Shown: positions 8,766 to 17,975 of the stretch, in pieces | Layout: the number at the start of each line of letters is the position of its first letter | Numbering within the stretch: the stretch's first letter is position 1 | Origin: Escherichia phage vB_EcoM_FB | Sequence record: MT682711.1 | Length of the DNA stretch: 64,000 nt | Reading direction: 5' to 3' (one strand) | The notes under the pieces: generated by a model | What the model was told of the DNA's origin: nothing | The model's database searches: none | The model's input: only the letters and a program-made list of their open reading frames with translations | Translations under genes and position numbers: made by a program

Positions 8766-10097
8766 TCAAACGTAGTAGGCGTCAGTACGAGCACGAGTAA
8801 TACTAACATAAGCCAGCTGTGAAGCTAAATTCGCATCAGCCATATGCATGCATGGAGTATAGATGAAACTGTTTTGGACTGTAAGTCCTTGGGATTTATG
8901 AACAGTGCTCACAGGAAGAGCTCGAACCTTACTGAACATTCGCTTGGCTTTCCAGAAATCAGCCCACTTAGGTTTCTTACCACTACCACGCATGGCTTTG
9001 TACTCTGTAGCAACCTTAGCCAAGAAATAATGGAACTTCTCAACTGAAGCCTCATCGATAACCTTTAAATGCTCTACATAGTACTCGTCGTCTTCATCAA
9101 CAGATTCTACTTGCAGGTCCCAGTAATTAATCATTTGACGAGTGCCTACATCCTTAGCAGACAAAAACAACGAGGTATGGTTCACATCCAGAATACGAAC
9201 CATTTGTCCATTATTAAAAATGGTTTCAGAGAATTTCTTACCATCGTATTCAAGTTCCTTCATAAAAGGCTCTTGCATCACTAGGATTTCGCCCTTGATA
9301 TAAGGTGCATCGGTTTCATAAAGCTTTTTACGAATAATGCTATTCAGCTTTTCAACCGATTTATTGGTATAAGCAAACATCCTATTCTCAAACAGGGCAT
9401 CAGCATCTTTTACAATGGAAAAATAATTCATCATAAAATCTTTTAATGCTGTTTGGGATTTAAAACCATGGACACCATGTCCTTCGAATACACAATCTCT
9501 AAACCACCCACCATTACGGATTTCAGTAGCCACCTCAATGATAGGAGCATTACTACGCATCACTTCAGTCAAATGTAATTGTTTGATTTTTGGATGTGTA
9601 AAGAATGGAGACAACTGAGGGCTACCATCACTTCCAGGTTCCACTGGCTGTAGCTGAGCTCTGTCGCCAATCCCTAATACAGTACACCATGGTGGCACGG
9701 AGGATTCAATAATCTTAAACAGCTTACCGTCAATCATCGAGCCTTCGTCAACAACTAGAACATTACATTTGCTCAAGTCAGGAGCTTCGCGTTGTTCAAA
9801 GATGTCCTGGTCTTCGTACGTAGTAGGGTTAATTTTTAGAATTCTATGAATTGTTGATGCTTCTTGACCTGCGAGTTTCGACAATACCTTTTTGGCCGCA
9901 TGAGTAGGCGCAGTCAAAATAACTCCGAGTTCACCATTCTTGACTAGATGGTCAAGAATAAATTTGGTAAGGGTTGTTTTACCTGTACCAGCAGGACCGT
10001 TCAATGTAATCCATTCACCCTTACGTCGTTTAATAGCTTCAATGATTTCTTTAAAGGCCGTCCTCTGGCCGTTGTTCAAGTCTTCAAATGTAATCAT
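8766..10097 (-). CDS. dda: Dda DNA helicase (SF1)
   Basis: 443 aa; Walker A LNGPAGTGKTT; N-terminus and size match T4 Dda. Confidence 0.9.
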   Translation of the reverse strand: MITFEDLNNGQRTAFKEIIEAIKRRKGEWITLNGPAGTGKTTLTKFILDHLVKNGELGVILTAPTHAAKKVLSKLAGQEASTIHRILKINPTTYEDQDIFEQREAPDLSKCNVLVVDEGSMIDGKLFKIIESSVPPWCTVLGIGDRAQLQPVEPGSDGSPQLSPFFTHPKIKQLHLTEVMRSNAPIIEVATEIRNGGWFRDCVFEGHGVHGFKSQTALKDFMMNYFSIVKDADALFENRMFAYTNKSVEKLNSIIRKKLYETDAPYIKGEILVMQEPFMKELEYDGKKFSETIFNNGQMVRILDVNHTSLFLSAKDVGTRQMINYWDLQVESVDEDDEYYVEHLKVIDEASVEKFHYFLAKVATEYKAMRGSGKKPKWADFWKAKRMFSKVRALPVSTVHKSQGLTVQNSFIYTPCMHMADANLASQLAYVSITRARTDAYYV

Positions 10098-10393
10098 GCC
10101 AATTTTACTCGCTTAACATATAAAGTGTCTAAAACTAATTTAAGTTCTCGGGCTCGTTCTTCGGTAGGATATACTGTTTTAGTTTCCCACTTATCAAACC
10201 ACCATTTTCTAGGTGTGCACACCGTTTCAAGGCGTCCAAGCCGAAGATATCTTTTTGTTGACATTTCATAAACGGATAGAGCGGTATCGGCTCCAATCTT
10301 TGTCGAATACAAAGTCACTTCACCGGCCTCTTCTAATGGAATTTCGTACCCGTCTTTGTCCTTGTGAACTAATACGTATGCATAGTACATCAC
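10094..10393 (-). CDS. hypothetical protein (dda.1 position)
   Basis: 99 aa ORF overlapping dda start by 4 nt. Confidence 0.55.
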   Translation of the reverse strand: MMYYAYVLVHKDKDGYEIPLEEAGEVTLYSTKIGADTALSVYEMSTKRYLRLGRLETVCTPRKWWFDKWETKTVYPTEERARELKLVLDTLYVKRVKLA

Positions 10394-10394
10394 G

Positions 10395-11144
10395 TTAACC
10401 TCTAATCAGTGAAAAAATTGAAGCATTCAGCGGAAGACCTTTTTTCAACTTCATTTTGTCAATAAAAGAAAGGTGTTCTAAACGCTCCAGACCTTGAATA
10501 ATTTTATCATACATATCGTAACGCGTTTCTGCTTCAGACAATTTAAACTTGACACGCCAATCAGGCCCACCAATTAAAGATTTAAGACCCTTTTCCATAG
10601 TACCTATTGAAGCGTTAGAACCATGGATACGGGCCTTAACCGCGATGACAGAAGGGGTATTATCAGTGGCTCCTGATTTAATAAGGTCCTTAAGACGTTT
10701 TTCACGCTTTTTAAGACCTCTTTGGGTATCTTTAATATTTTTAACTATTTTACGAATTTTATAATAATTATCTGGGGTAACTTTAAAACTATTAGGCATT
10801 TTAGAACCACCTGAAATACGGGACGCTAAACGAGTCTGTGCACGTTTCAATTCATCTAAAGACAAATCAGCTCGCAACCCGTTGTACTTAACTTTAACCG
10901 GGATTACATTACCTTCGATATAACCTATATCGTTGTTAAAGCGTTCAAACGAAATCTTATCTTTATCTGAATTCTCATCAAAGCGCTCGCCTGAATATGC
11001 ACACACTTTTTGTTCAAGAAGTCTACGAACGTACTTACTAGACAGGTTAAAGTCCTTACCACGTTTTTTGGCAGAGGCTTTAGTGTGTTCGCGACGTTTG
11101 TAAACCTTTAACTCAAATTCATCGTTAGTTTTAATAGTAGGCAT
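10395..11144 (-). CDS. hypothetical basic protein at the T4 srd position
   Basis: 249 aa lysine/arginine-rich ORF between dda.1 and the ART pair; no secure motif. Confidence 0.5.
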   Translation of the reverse strand: MPTIKTNDEFELKVYKRREHTKASAKKRGKDFNLSSKYVRRLLEQKVCAYSGERFDENSDKDKISFERFNNDIGYIEGNVIPVKVKYNGLRADLSLDELKRAQTRLASRISGGSKMPNSFKVTPDNYYKIRKIVKNIKDTQRGLKKREKRLKDLIKSGATDNTPSVIAVKARIHGSNASIGTMEKGLKSLIGGPDWRVKFKLSEAETRYDMYDKIIQGLERLEHLSFIDKMKLKKGLPLNASIFSLIRG

Positions 11145-11174
11145 AATATTTTTCTCATCTTACGGACGATTAGC

Positions 11175-11213
11175 TGATAGGTCTATAGTATCATGTTGCT
11201 CGGTAAAGTAAAC
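11175..11213 (-). promoter_or_regulatory. early promoter (GTTTAC, TACTAT, AGACCTATCA leader)
   Basis: gtaaac at 11208-11213 and atagta at 11185-11190 on plus. Confidence 0.55.
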
Positions 11214-11282
11214 ACTTTTTTGCTTTAAATTTTCGACGGTATAATGAATCAAGGACTTTGCCTTTCAATTAAACCGGGTGGT

Positions 11283-11897
11283 TCAGTAAGAAAGAACGGA
11301 AAGATTCCAAATGGTGTAATTATTCCATTTAGGATTTCTCTCAATAGAGTCTACGCGCAGCGTAGTTCCCGCAGGGAACATCATCTCATCTTCATCATTG
11401 ATTAATTGTAAGTTTGCTACACGGGTAGATTCAGGAAATGCACCTGGGAACTCTTCAGGGGGCGCGGCACATAACATTTTAAAGATTTCTTCCTGATAAT
11501 TGTACACAAATGGTGCATCATTAATACAAAAGATATTAAATGTGCCGTAGAAGTTATAAGATGCGAAGTTACGAGCTACATTGAAATCTTTTGAGAAGCT
11601 CATTACTCGGTCGAATTCAATTACGGCACCTACACACATAGTAGATTCAAGATATGCCATAGTCTTCTTAGAAATCCCACGGTACAACTTGTCAGGCACT
11701 ACAGAAGTCAGGTTCTTACGAATAATTTTGTTCAGAGTTTCCTGGATAGTATCCGGTTTATTTTCCATACACTGCCAGAGGGTACTCTGTTCTAAATCAG
11801 AATACACCTCATCAATTTCTATCTGAGTATTCTCACGGAAATCATCGCATTTGGCATTGTTGATAAATTCTGCTAATTTATGGCTTGGATATAACAT
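11283..11897 (-). CDS. ADP-ribosyltransferase, ModA/ModB-like
   Basis: 204 aa; R-S-E type motifs (LYRG, SFS, E-rich); paralogue of the next gene; T4 modA/modB position. Confidence 0.65.
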   Translation of the reverse strand: MLYPSHKLAEFINNAKCDDFRENTQIEIDEVYSDLEQSTLWQCMENKPDTIQETLNKIIRKNLTSVVPDKLYRGISKKTMAYLESTMCVGAVIEFDRVMSFSKDFNVARNFASYNFYGTFNIFCINDAPFVYNYQEEIFKMLCAAPPEEFPGAFPESTRVANLQLINDEDEMMFPAGTTLRVDSIERNPKWNNYTIWNLSVLSY

Positions 11898-11910
11898 ATT
11901 ATTCTCCTCA

Positions 11911-11952
11911 GTTGATAGAAAGATAGTACCACAAGCTTCCTTGCCTGTAAAC
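11911..11952 (-). promoter_or_regulatory. early promoter (GTTTACA, TACTAT)
   Basis: gtaaac 11947-11952, atagta 11923-11928; leader CTTTCTATCAAC plus GAGGAGA SD. Confidence 0.5.
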
Positions 11953-12521
11953 TAAAAATCCAACATTTTTAAATGAATTGTTTTGTACTCGATTTCGTAC
12001 GGGTCCCTTTTGACGGTTTCGATTTCAACAATCTCAAATCTTGATAGGCTGGAGACCATGAACTCACATTCAGTTTCAACCATATCATAGAGGTCAATAC
12101 GGGTTTCATCTATTTCAAGCTCATCCACATTCCCTGCAAGAACAAGGTCGATAGCATGATTGTAGTAGTCGAAAATGAACGGTGCATTCCTGAGACTTAA
12201 AATGGTTTTGGTTCCATATTCCCATGCCCCTGCGAATTGACGAGCCTGAGAGTATTGTGTACTAAAAGAAGTAACTCGACCAGGAGACCATTGACAACCT
12301 ACTGAAAGGAGCTCTAATTGCTCAAGTTCTCTGGTGGTAATCCCACGATACAACTCTACTGGAACCGCTGAAGTAACATGCTTGCGAACCAGTTTGTCAA
12401 GGTCGTAATGGAAGTTAGGGTCTTTTTTAGCATCCAGACATTTTTCTAAAAGATTCTGTTCGTGTTTTGAGAATTTGGAATTGATTCGGTCTTGATAAAG
12501 ACATTTTTGTTCGATGTTCAT
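11952..12521 (-). CDS. ADP-ribosyltransferase, ModA/ModB-like
   Basis: 189 aa; LYRG...SFST...E motifs; tandem paralogue. Confidence 0.65.
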   Translation of the reverse strand: MNIEQKCLYQDRINSKFSKHEQNLLEKCLDAKKDPNFHYDLDKLVRKHVTSAVPVELYRGITTRELEQLELLSVGCQWSPGRVTSFSTQYSQARQFAGAWEYGTKTILSLRNAPFIFDYYNHAIDLVLAGNVDELEIDETRIDLYDMVETECEFMVSSLSRFEIVEIETVKRDPYEIEYKTIHLKMLDF

Positions 12522-12545
12522 ATGACCTCCAGTGATTTAGAGGTC

Positions 12546-12574
12546 ATTATAACATGAAGGGAGGAGGTGTAAAA
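12546..12574 (-). promoter_or_regulatory. early promoter with extended -10 (TGTTATAAT) abutting a hairpin that covers SD and start codon
   Basis: rc 12546-12551 TATAAT, GTTTTAC at 12568-12574; arms atgacctc (12522-12529) / gaggtcat (12540-12547). Confidence 0.5.
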
Positions 12575-12576
12575 CT

Positions 12577-12765
12577 TTATTTTACCCAAGGAGCCCAGGG
12601 TGGAGGGTCTAAGTAATAAGAAGCTAGGTCACTAAGAACATCTTTAGGCAACTTAAAACCATGCTTCTGTATAATCATATCAAGTTCGTTGACAAGGTCA
12701 ACAGGCGGCTCCTGAGTTGTTTCAGGCTCAGGGTCCGGAATGACAAACATATCAAATAAGTCCAT
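12577..12765 (-). CDS. hypothetical protein
   Basis: 62 aa acidic ORF. Confidence 0.45.
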   Translation of the reverse strand: MDLFDMFVIPDPEPETTQEPPVDLVNELDMIIQKHGFKLPKDVLSDLASYYLDPPPWAPWVK

Positions 12766-13256
12766 TAGTAACCACCGATAGGACCGTAGCCATACATACG
12801 AGCTCGCGCCTTAGCATCGCAAATAGCGTCTTCAGTCATGGTAAAGAGCAATCCAATATCAAAGTGTTTCCAAATCTGACGTTCGACTTCAGTAAGGTCT
12901 TCGGTAGCGGAAATCAAATATGTACGACCTTTAAGACGCTCATTTGCCATTTTATCTCTATCCTTATAGAAAATATCCATGGTTCCTTCGGCGTATGGGT
13001 CCGCCGGATAACGATAACCCTTGATATGTAATGCTTCAGCCAGGCTAAAAGGACAACCCTCAGCAACATCAACATTTTTATTATGATATGCCTTCATTAG
13101 AATATTTTCTGGTGGCTTAATATCTTTTAATCGTGTTTCTAGCTGGGTTATAGAATTCGTACCATTATCGACAAGGATAAGACACGCCGTAGCATCATAA
13201 GGACGCGTTTGTCCGGCAGAATCACGAACAAAGAATTCGAGTTCATAGACTTTCAT
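12765..13256 (-). CDS. hypothetical protein
   Basis: 163 aa ORF; AAGAGGAAAA SD. Confidence 0.6.
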   Translation of the reverse strand: MKVYELEFFVRDSAGQTRPYDATACLILVDNGTNSITQLETRLKDIKPPENILMKAYHNKNVDVAEGCPFSLAEALHIKGYRYPADPYAEGTMDIFYKDRDKMANERLKGRTYLISATEDLTEVERQIWKHFDIGLLFTMTEDAICDAKARARMYGYGPIGGY

Positions 13257-13410
13257 TATGTTTTCCTCTTTTTAGTTTACCTACTAAAGGACCCTCCGGA
13301 ATTTTATTTTCTTGGATGTATTTCTCGTTTTCTTCCATCATTTTACTACCAATTTTAAGAAGCAAATCCAGTGCCTCTTTAGCTTGTTTTTCGGCCTCTT
13401 CAGTAGTCAT
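13243..13410 (-). CDS. hypothetical small protein
   Basis: 55 aa ORF translated by hand ([15 protein letters not shown]...); ATGA overlap with upstream stop. Confidence 0.4.
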   Translation of the reverse strand: MTTEEAEKQAKEALDLLLKIGSKMMEENEKYIQENKIPEGPLVGKLKRGKHNESL

Positions 13411-13607
13411 GATTTATCCCCATAGATGTCACGCATAATTCTAAGAGCTTCGCGTTCTAATTTCTTTTCACGTTCCTCACGAACGCCTTTAAGAATCCAT
13501 TCTTCGGATTCACGTTTCATTTCTGCATTGGCTTGGTCTAACCATCCATCATCAAGATAATCGCCAGGACGGTCTAGCCAATCTTTAAGCCACGATAAAG
13601 GTTTCAT
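13407..13607 (-). CDS. hypothetical protein
   Basis: 66 aa ORF. Confidence 0.5.
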   Translation of the reverse strand: MKPLSWLKDWLDRPGDYLDDGWLDQANAEMKRESEEWILKGVREEREKKLEREALRIMRDIYGDKS

Positions 13608-13930
13608 TAATCACACGAGCCGGACGATGAGTCGCAGCTTCCTGAGTCATAAGATGAATAAGACGAATCACCGGTCCATGAACTAACAGCAGCCGCAACC
13701 ATAATAGGAGTGGTATCAATATGGCTTGTGCGACGAGCTTCTAAATGTTCTTTAAACTTTTTAGAATTCAAAGGAAGGGCACCCAGGCCCACATTACCTG
13801 CTTTTTCAGGTTGCCGTATAACTTCTTCCATCATACCATCGCCCACATAAACATATTCCTTCAGACCTGAGATAGGAACCACCCCTTCACCAGGTTTGGT
13901 CTTGAAAAAATTCTTAAGCCAACGAATCAT
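13607..13930 (-). CDS. hypothetical protein
   Basis: 107 aa ORF with Ser/Cys-rich C-terminus. Confidence 0.5.
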   Translation of the reverse strand: MIRWLKNFFKTKPGEGVVPISGLKEYVYVGDGMMEEVIRQPEKAGNVGLGALPLNSKKFKEHLEARRTSHIDTTPIMVAAAVSSWTGDSSYSSYDSGSCDSSSGSCD

Positions 13931-14172
13931 AGGAAACCTCGTTTAAATTCAACTTTATCAATATCATCAGTCTCGTGACGGATTTCGGCATTAAATTCGA
14001 TAGAACCGTCTTCATGCATCATAAATGAATGGACAATAACTTCGGTATACCAAGGCGTATAGAAGTACTTTTTCAATACATGATTAGCGATAATTTCATC
14101 TAAAGTTTTATTTGGTTTAATCCAACGATTTAACATAGCATTCTCCTCTATAAGATAAGACCATCTTAACAT
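13927..14172 (-). CDS. hypothetical protein
   Basis: 81 aa ORF. Confidence 0.5.
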   Translation of the reverse strand: MLRWSYLIEENAMLNRWIKPNKTLDEIIANHVLKKYFYTPWYTEVIVHSFMMHEDGSIEFNAEIRHETDDIDKVEFKRGFL

Positions 14173-14198
14173 AACCTTCTTAGAAAGTAAACCCTTAA

Positions 14199-14226
14199 AA
14201 CCAAAAAAGGAACCCGAAGGTTCCTT
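14199..14226 (-). terminator. intrinsic terminator (UUCG hairpin plus U6)
   Basis: aaggaacc-cgaa-ggttcctt with rc TTTTTT tract at 14201-14208. Confidence 0.7.
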
Positions 14227-14230
14227 ATAA

Positions 14231-14464
14231 TTAAACTACTGGGGTAGGCGTAAACATCGCCGCGTTCTTAGTTCGCCAATCGGCTGCATCAGTTACTACA
14301 GTAGTGTATGCCGCCTTTTCAGAAGGAAATGTCTGATAGTGTGCATTCGCAATACGATGCTCGTTTGAATAGATTTCAAACGGGACAGATACTTCAACAC
14401 CTTTAACTTCTTTACCTTCACCAGCCGGATGCGTAAAGGTTTTAATATTAACGAAACCACCCAT
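14231..14464 (-). CDS. soc: small outer capsid protein Soc
   Basis: 77 aa; VNIKTF...HYQTFPSEKAAY matches T4 Soc as recalled; late promoter upstream. Confidence 0.85.
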   Translation of the reverse strand: MGGFVNIKTFTHPAGEGKEVKGVEVSVPFEIYSNEHRIANAHYQTFPSEKAAYTTVVTDAADWRTKNAAMFTPTPVV

Positions 14465-14495
14465 AATTAACTCCTTTGTTGTTTAATTACAGGTG

Positions 14496-14503
14496 TATTT
14501 ATA
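14496..14503 (-). promoter_or_regulatory. late promoter TATAAATA
   Basis: rc of tatttata at 14496-14503, about 30 nt upstream of soc ATG. Confidence 0.65.
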
Positions 14504-14505
14504 AC

Positions 14506-15027
14506 TTAATAACCTCGGTCCTGGCGAGCAAAGTTCTCGGCATTTTTCAGGTAATACAGTTTAAAGATTTCTTCAGCAGTCAGTCCAAGACCTTGGAACA
14601 TATTCAGAACAAAGTGCAGAATATCAATCATTTCGAATTTAATTTCGAGCTGGTCTTCAGGAGACAAATCGTTAATCAGGGTTTCACGACGTTCAGCATG
14701 TTGAGCTTTCCAAGGCTTCCATACAGCGCTCGCATCTTTTTCGCCATTGCTCATGCCACCAAGAGAAGTCAGAAGTTCGCGGAATTCATCATCAATATAA
14801 TCTTTCTGATTGCGCAACCAATCAACAACTTCACCTGCAGTAGCCAAGTCATCAGGATGACGGTTATATTCAGGTTTATCTTTAGCCAAACGGACTTGTA
14901 ATGATTTCTGCATATCAAGCATAACCTGCAGAGGGTCTTTATCTTCGTGAATCAGAGCATTAAAATAAGCTTCCTCAGCTTTATCAACACCAGCAATAAG
15001 TTGTGAGCATTCGTTAAAGTGTGCCAT
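14506..15027 (-). CDS. 56: dCTP pyrophosphatase (MazG-like)
   Basis: 173 aa; N-terminus MAHFNECSQLIAGVDKA resembles T4 gp56 as recalled; map position. Confidence 0.8.
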   Translation of the reverse strand: MAHFNECSQLIAGVDKAEEAYFNALIHEDKDPLQVMLDMQKSLQVRLAKDKPEYNRHPDDLATAGEVVDWLRNQKDYIDDEFRELLTSLGGMSNGEKDASAVWKPWKAQHAERRETLINDLSPEDQLEIKFEMIDILHFVLNMFQGLGLTAEEIFKLYYLKNAENFARQDRGY

Positions 15028-15118
15028 TATATTTTTTCCTTTTCAATTCATTAGTAAGTTAGATAATTATAAACTGTTAGATTAAAGCGAATAAATATTA
15101 TTTTAACAGGAGGATAAC

Positions 15119-15319
15119 ATGGGCAGTATTTTTTACCAAATCTGGAAATTGGCCGAAAAGAAAGACAAGAAAATGATGTTAGGTTTTCTTGCGCTAGACG
15201 TATTCCTTTGGAATCTTCTAGTAGTCCCTGTAGCCGCTAGCCAAGGGATAATTTTACCAGCGGTTACAATGGAACACGTATTAAGCATAATTGGATTCTT
15301 TAGCGGAGTTCCTGCCTAA
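15119..15319 (+). CDS. hypothetical small hydrophobic protein (plus strand)
   Basis: 66 aa; strong AGGAGG SD 7 nt upstream of ATG; fills the gap between convergent 56 and 61. Confidence 0.4.
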   Translation: MGSIFYQIWKLAEKKDKKMMLGFLALDVFLWNLLVVPVAASQGIILPAVTMEHVLSIIGFFSGVPA

Positions 15320-16344
15320 ATTTTAGAATATTTTGAAAGTCTCATTTTTGCCATTAAACCTTGGGCTATATTAGCTTTCATATATGCCAGTACATCATTT
15401 ATATCAGCTTTATCTTTCATAATCATATCATTTATATCTTTAGAAGGCCATGGAGCCTTGTCCCAGAATAGAACCCTTTCGCCAGCATCAACTAATCGTT
15501 GCATACGCTTAATTGTGTCAGGATGGCGGGGTTCATTGTCCATTACCCAGGCACGAGTTTCTTTACATGGAACCATAGCCAAGTCCAACGACCCGCCAGT
15601 AATTGCTATTGCATTCGGAACAAACAAAGAGTCAATAGGGCCTTCCATTACCCACACCAACTGACGTTCGTCAACTGTATCCATTCCATATATTTTTGTA
15701 GCTTGGTCATGAGCTTTTATTGTAATATATTTTTGTGGAGCATCTTTACGTAAGGCTCGACCCTGAAAACTTTCAATTTGTTTATTCTTATTGAAAATTG
15801 GAATAACCAAACGAGGCTCAGGCATTTCTTTAGAATAGGTCCCTGGATTGACAGAGTTCACCAATGCCGGCCATTCTTTAGTAAACCATAAGCGATTCCA
15901 TTTGTTTTCAGGAATGCAACGTAGTGTTACATATTTGATAATAGGATGGTCCTTTGGCATTCTATCCAGACGTTCACAGAAATTAAGCTTTTCGATGACA
16001 GGCATCTTGGCTTTAATCTTTTCTGATATCTCCACCTTAGGTGCAGCTTGTCTCCCGAACGATTGCTCTTTATGTTTCTCAAGAATATATTCTCGATATA
16101 AATCAGGCTCATATTCGTATAGATACTTCTTAATTCCTGCTGAATAGTCGCAGTTAAAACAGTGCAGCATTACAGAGCCGTCATTGGCTGGATAGGCCCA
16201 AAAACGAGCTTTGTTTTCATCTTTTAGGGAGTCGCCACATACACGACAACGGCAGTTTAATTTAAAATCACTACCGGTTACTTGTCTGAATTTAGGTTGG
16301 TAATTCAAGGCACGTACAGCAAATTCTCTATCGACATATGACAT
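15316..16344 (-). CDS. 61: DNA primase
   Basis: 342 aa (same as T4 gp61); N-terminal Cys-rich zinc-binding region; TOPRIM-like core. Confidence 0.85.
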   Translation of the reverse strand: MSYVDREFAVRALNYQPKFRQVTGSDFKLNCRCRVCGDSLKDENKARFWAYPANDGSVMLHCFNCDYSAGIKKYLYEYEPDLYREYILEKHKEQSFGRQAAPKVEISEKIKAKMPVIEKLNFCERLDRMPKDHPIIKYVTLRCIPENKWNRLWFTKEWPALVNSVNPGTYSKEMPEPRLVIPIFNKNKQIESFQGRALRKDAPQKYITIKAHDQATKIYGMDTVDERQLVWVMEGPIDSLFVPNAIAITGGSLDLAMVPCKETRAWVMDNEPRHPDTIKRMQRLVDAGERVLFWDKAPWPSKDINDMIMKDKADINDVLAYMKANIAQGLMAKMRLSKYSKI

Positions 16345-16382
16345 TATTTTTCCTTGGGCTCTAAATTAATAGAGCCATTATA

Positions 16383-16544
16383 TCATTCGTTTTCGGATTT
16401 TTCTTTACGCTTTTTAGATGGGATTTGTTCAGGCCCTTTGTTGACGACCGCGCCTGAGGTAGTTCCGGAGGCAATATTAGATGGGTTACCACCTGCATCG
16501 CCTGCGACCATATCTTCGTTCATAACTTCTTTAAAAGATTTCAT
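16383..16544 (-). CDS. hypothetical small protein
   Basis: 53 aa ORF translated by hand (MKSFKEVMNEDMVAGD...); CAGGAG SD. Confidence 0.4.
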   Translation of the reverse strand: MKSFKEVMNEDMVAGDAGGNPSNIASGTTSGAVVNKGPEQIPSKKRKEKSENE

Positions 16545-16557
16545 AGGCTCCTGGCCT

Positions 16558-16565
16558 TATTTATA
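16558..16565 (-). promoter_or_regulatory. late promoter-like TATAAATA
   Basis: rc of tatttata at 16558-16565. Confidence 0.4.
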
Positions 16566-16770
16566 TTACGAAAATAGCTTTATCACCATTCGCATCAGTG
16601 ACTTCATAGGTATCTTCATGATACAGTGGGATAATCCAAGTCACACCATCACCGGCAATAATATGGATAGCTTCTTGGTCCTTTGATACGATTTCATACT
16701 CTTCGAATAATTCGAATACAGAAATCTTAGAGCCCGTACACATTGCACTCATATTGTTCCCTTCTCTCAA
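16561..16770 (-). CDS. hypothetical protein
   Basis: 69 aa ORF. Confidence 0.45.
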   Translation of the reverse strand: MREGNNMSAMCTGSKISVFELFEEYEIVSKDQEAIHIIAGDGVTWIIPLYHEDTYEVTDANGDKAIFVI

Positions 16771-16948
16771 TCAGTTGGCGATGGGCCTTTTTAAGTTTAC
16801 GAAGCTGGCGCTTAGTCGGCCGTGCGACATAAGCTTGAGTAGTTACTCGTCCAAAAACACCATACTTAGGTGAAGGAGAATCGATAAAGACTTCCCACTG
16901 ACAAGAGTAACTATACACGGCTTTAGAGAATTGAGTTAAGACAAACAT
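16727..16948 (-). CDS. hypothetical protein
   Basis: 73 aa basic ORF. Confidence 0.45.
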   Translation of the reverse strand: MFVLTQFSKAVYSYSCQWEVFIDSPSPKYGVFGRVTTQAYVARPTKRQLRKLKKAHRQLIERREQYECNVYGL

Positions 16949-16949
16949 A

Positions 16950-17390
16950 TTAACCTCGATTCATAAAGGCATTAAAAATCTGGTCATCTATTGAATAAAC
17001 CGGAGCTTCCAGAATTTTCAACAGACTGTTTTTGATATACTTGCTAGGGATGTCCATATTAACGCGGTCGTTCAATTCGTTGTCTGGGAGGATGTCTTTA
17101 AATTCGAATCCATCAAACTCAACCTTGTCAGGAATACCTTCGGCGAAAAAATAAACCAATTGGTGCATTGTATTGCGAGAAAATAATTTAGACCTCACCG
17201 CAATAAGTTCTTGCCAATGGTTTAATTCTCTGTTAAGAAGTTTATGAGCCATTGTAATTCGATCATCGCTATCAACAAGAAAATAACCTAGGTATTGGTG
17301 GTCGTCGCTCCAAAACATCCTGTATGCTTGTGCATTTGGATTTTTACAACAAAGTTTTTTGATAACTAAATTTCTGTTAATCTTATTCAC
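16950..17390 (-). CDS. hypothetical protein
   Basis: 146 aa ORF. Confidence 0.55.
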   Translation of the reverse strand: MNKINRNLVIKKLCCKNPNAQAYRMFWSDDHQYLGYFLVDSDDRITMAHKLLNRELNHWQELIAVRSKLFSRNTMHQLVYFFAEGIPDKVEFDGFEFKDILPDNELNDRVNMDIPSKYIKNSLLKILEAPVYSIDDQIFNAFMNRG

Positions 17391-17676
17391 CTGTCACCTC
17401 TTTAACGATATTTTTGTTATCGAAATTGGCATCACAATACAAAACATAGTTATATTGCATAACACCACCTGAAGCTAATTGGTCTGACACTTCTTTAGCC
17501 ATATCAGGGCGGGCACGTTTAGTGATGTTCATGATATCAGCATAAATCTGATGTTCGACTGATTCTTGGTCTGCAGTCATAGACCATTCACAAAGGTCTT
17601 TATCCAATCCGGCAGTTACTGGAGCCGTGCCACATGATGCTACTGTAAGGATTGCTGCGATTAATAACTTTTTCAT
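17383..17676 (-). CDS. sp: Spackle-like periplasmic protein
   Basis: 97 aa with signal peptide (MKKLLIAAILTVASC); size and 61-41 interval position match T4 Sp. Confidence 0.55.
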   Translation of the reverse strand: MKKLLIAAILTVASCGTAPVTAGLDKDLCEWSMTADQESVEHQIYADIMNITKRARPDMAKEVSDQLASGGVMQYNYVLYCDANFDNKNIVKEVTGE

Positions 17677-17695
17677 TTTTAACTCCTCGTTAGTT

Positions 17696-17734
17696 GATAG
17701 GTCTATAGTATCACTACCATAGACCGTTGTAAAC
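17696..17734 (-). promoter_or_regulatory. early promoter (GTTTAC, TACTAT, AGACCTATCAAC)
   Basis: gtaaac 17729-17734, atagta 17705-17710. Confidence 0.55.
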
Positions 17735-17735
17735 T

Positions 17736-17975
17736 TTATTTTAACGAATCTTCCAAATAAATTTTACGGAATTTACGTTTTGTCTGACGAATCTGACGCT
17801 TAGTAGGCTTCACAGGAAAATCGAAGAACTCTACGTATTCTTGTTCATAATCGTTGTGGCCCACTGAAAGAACTAGTTCCCAGTTGTTTACGGTACGTTG
17901 GATAAACATATTATGCTTACCGAAAGATTTATTCCAAAAAGAGCTAGGAGTTGGTTTCATTAAGGTAATATTCAT
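17736..17975 (-). CDS. hypothetical protein
   Basis: 79 aa ORF. Confidence 0.5.
   Translation of the reverse strand: MNITLMKPTPSSFWNKSFGKHNMFIQRTVNNWELVLSVGHNDYEQEYVEFFDFPVKPTKRQIRQTKRKFRKIYLEDSLK

Noticed and set aside
10395-11144. HNH endonuclease call for the 249 aa basic protein
   Set aside because: It lacks the His-His and His-Asn signature seen in the two clear HNH genes; left as a hypothetical protein at the srd position.
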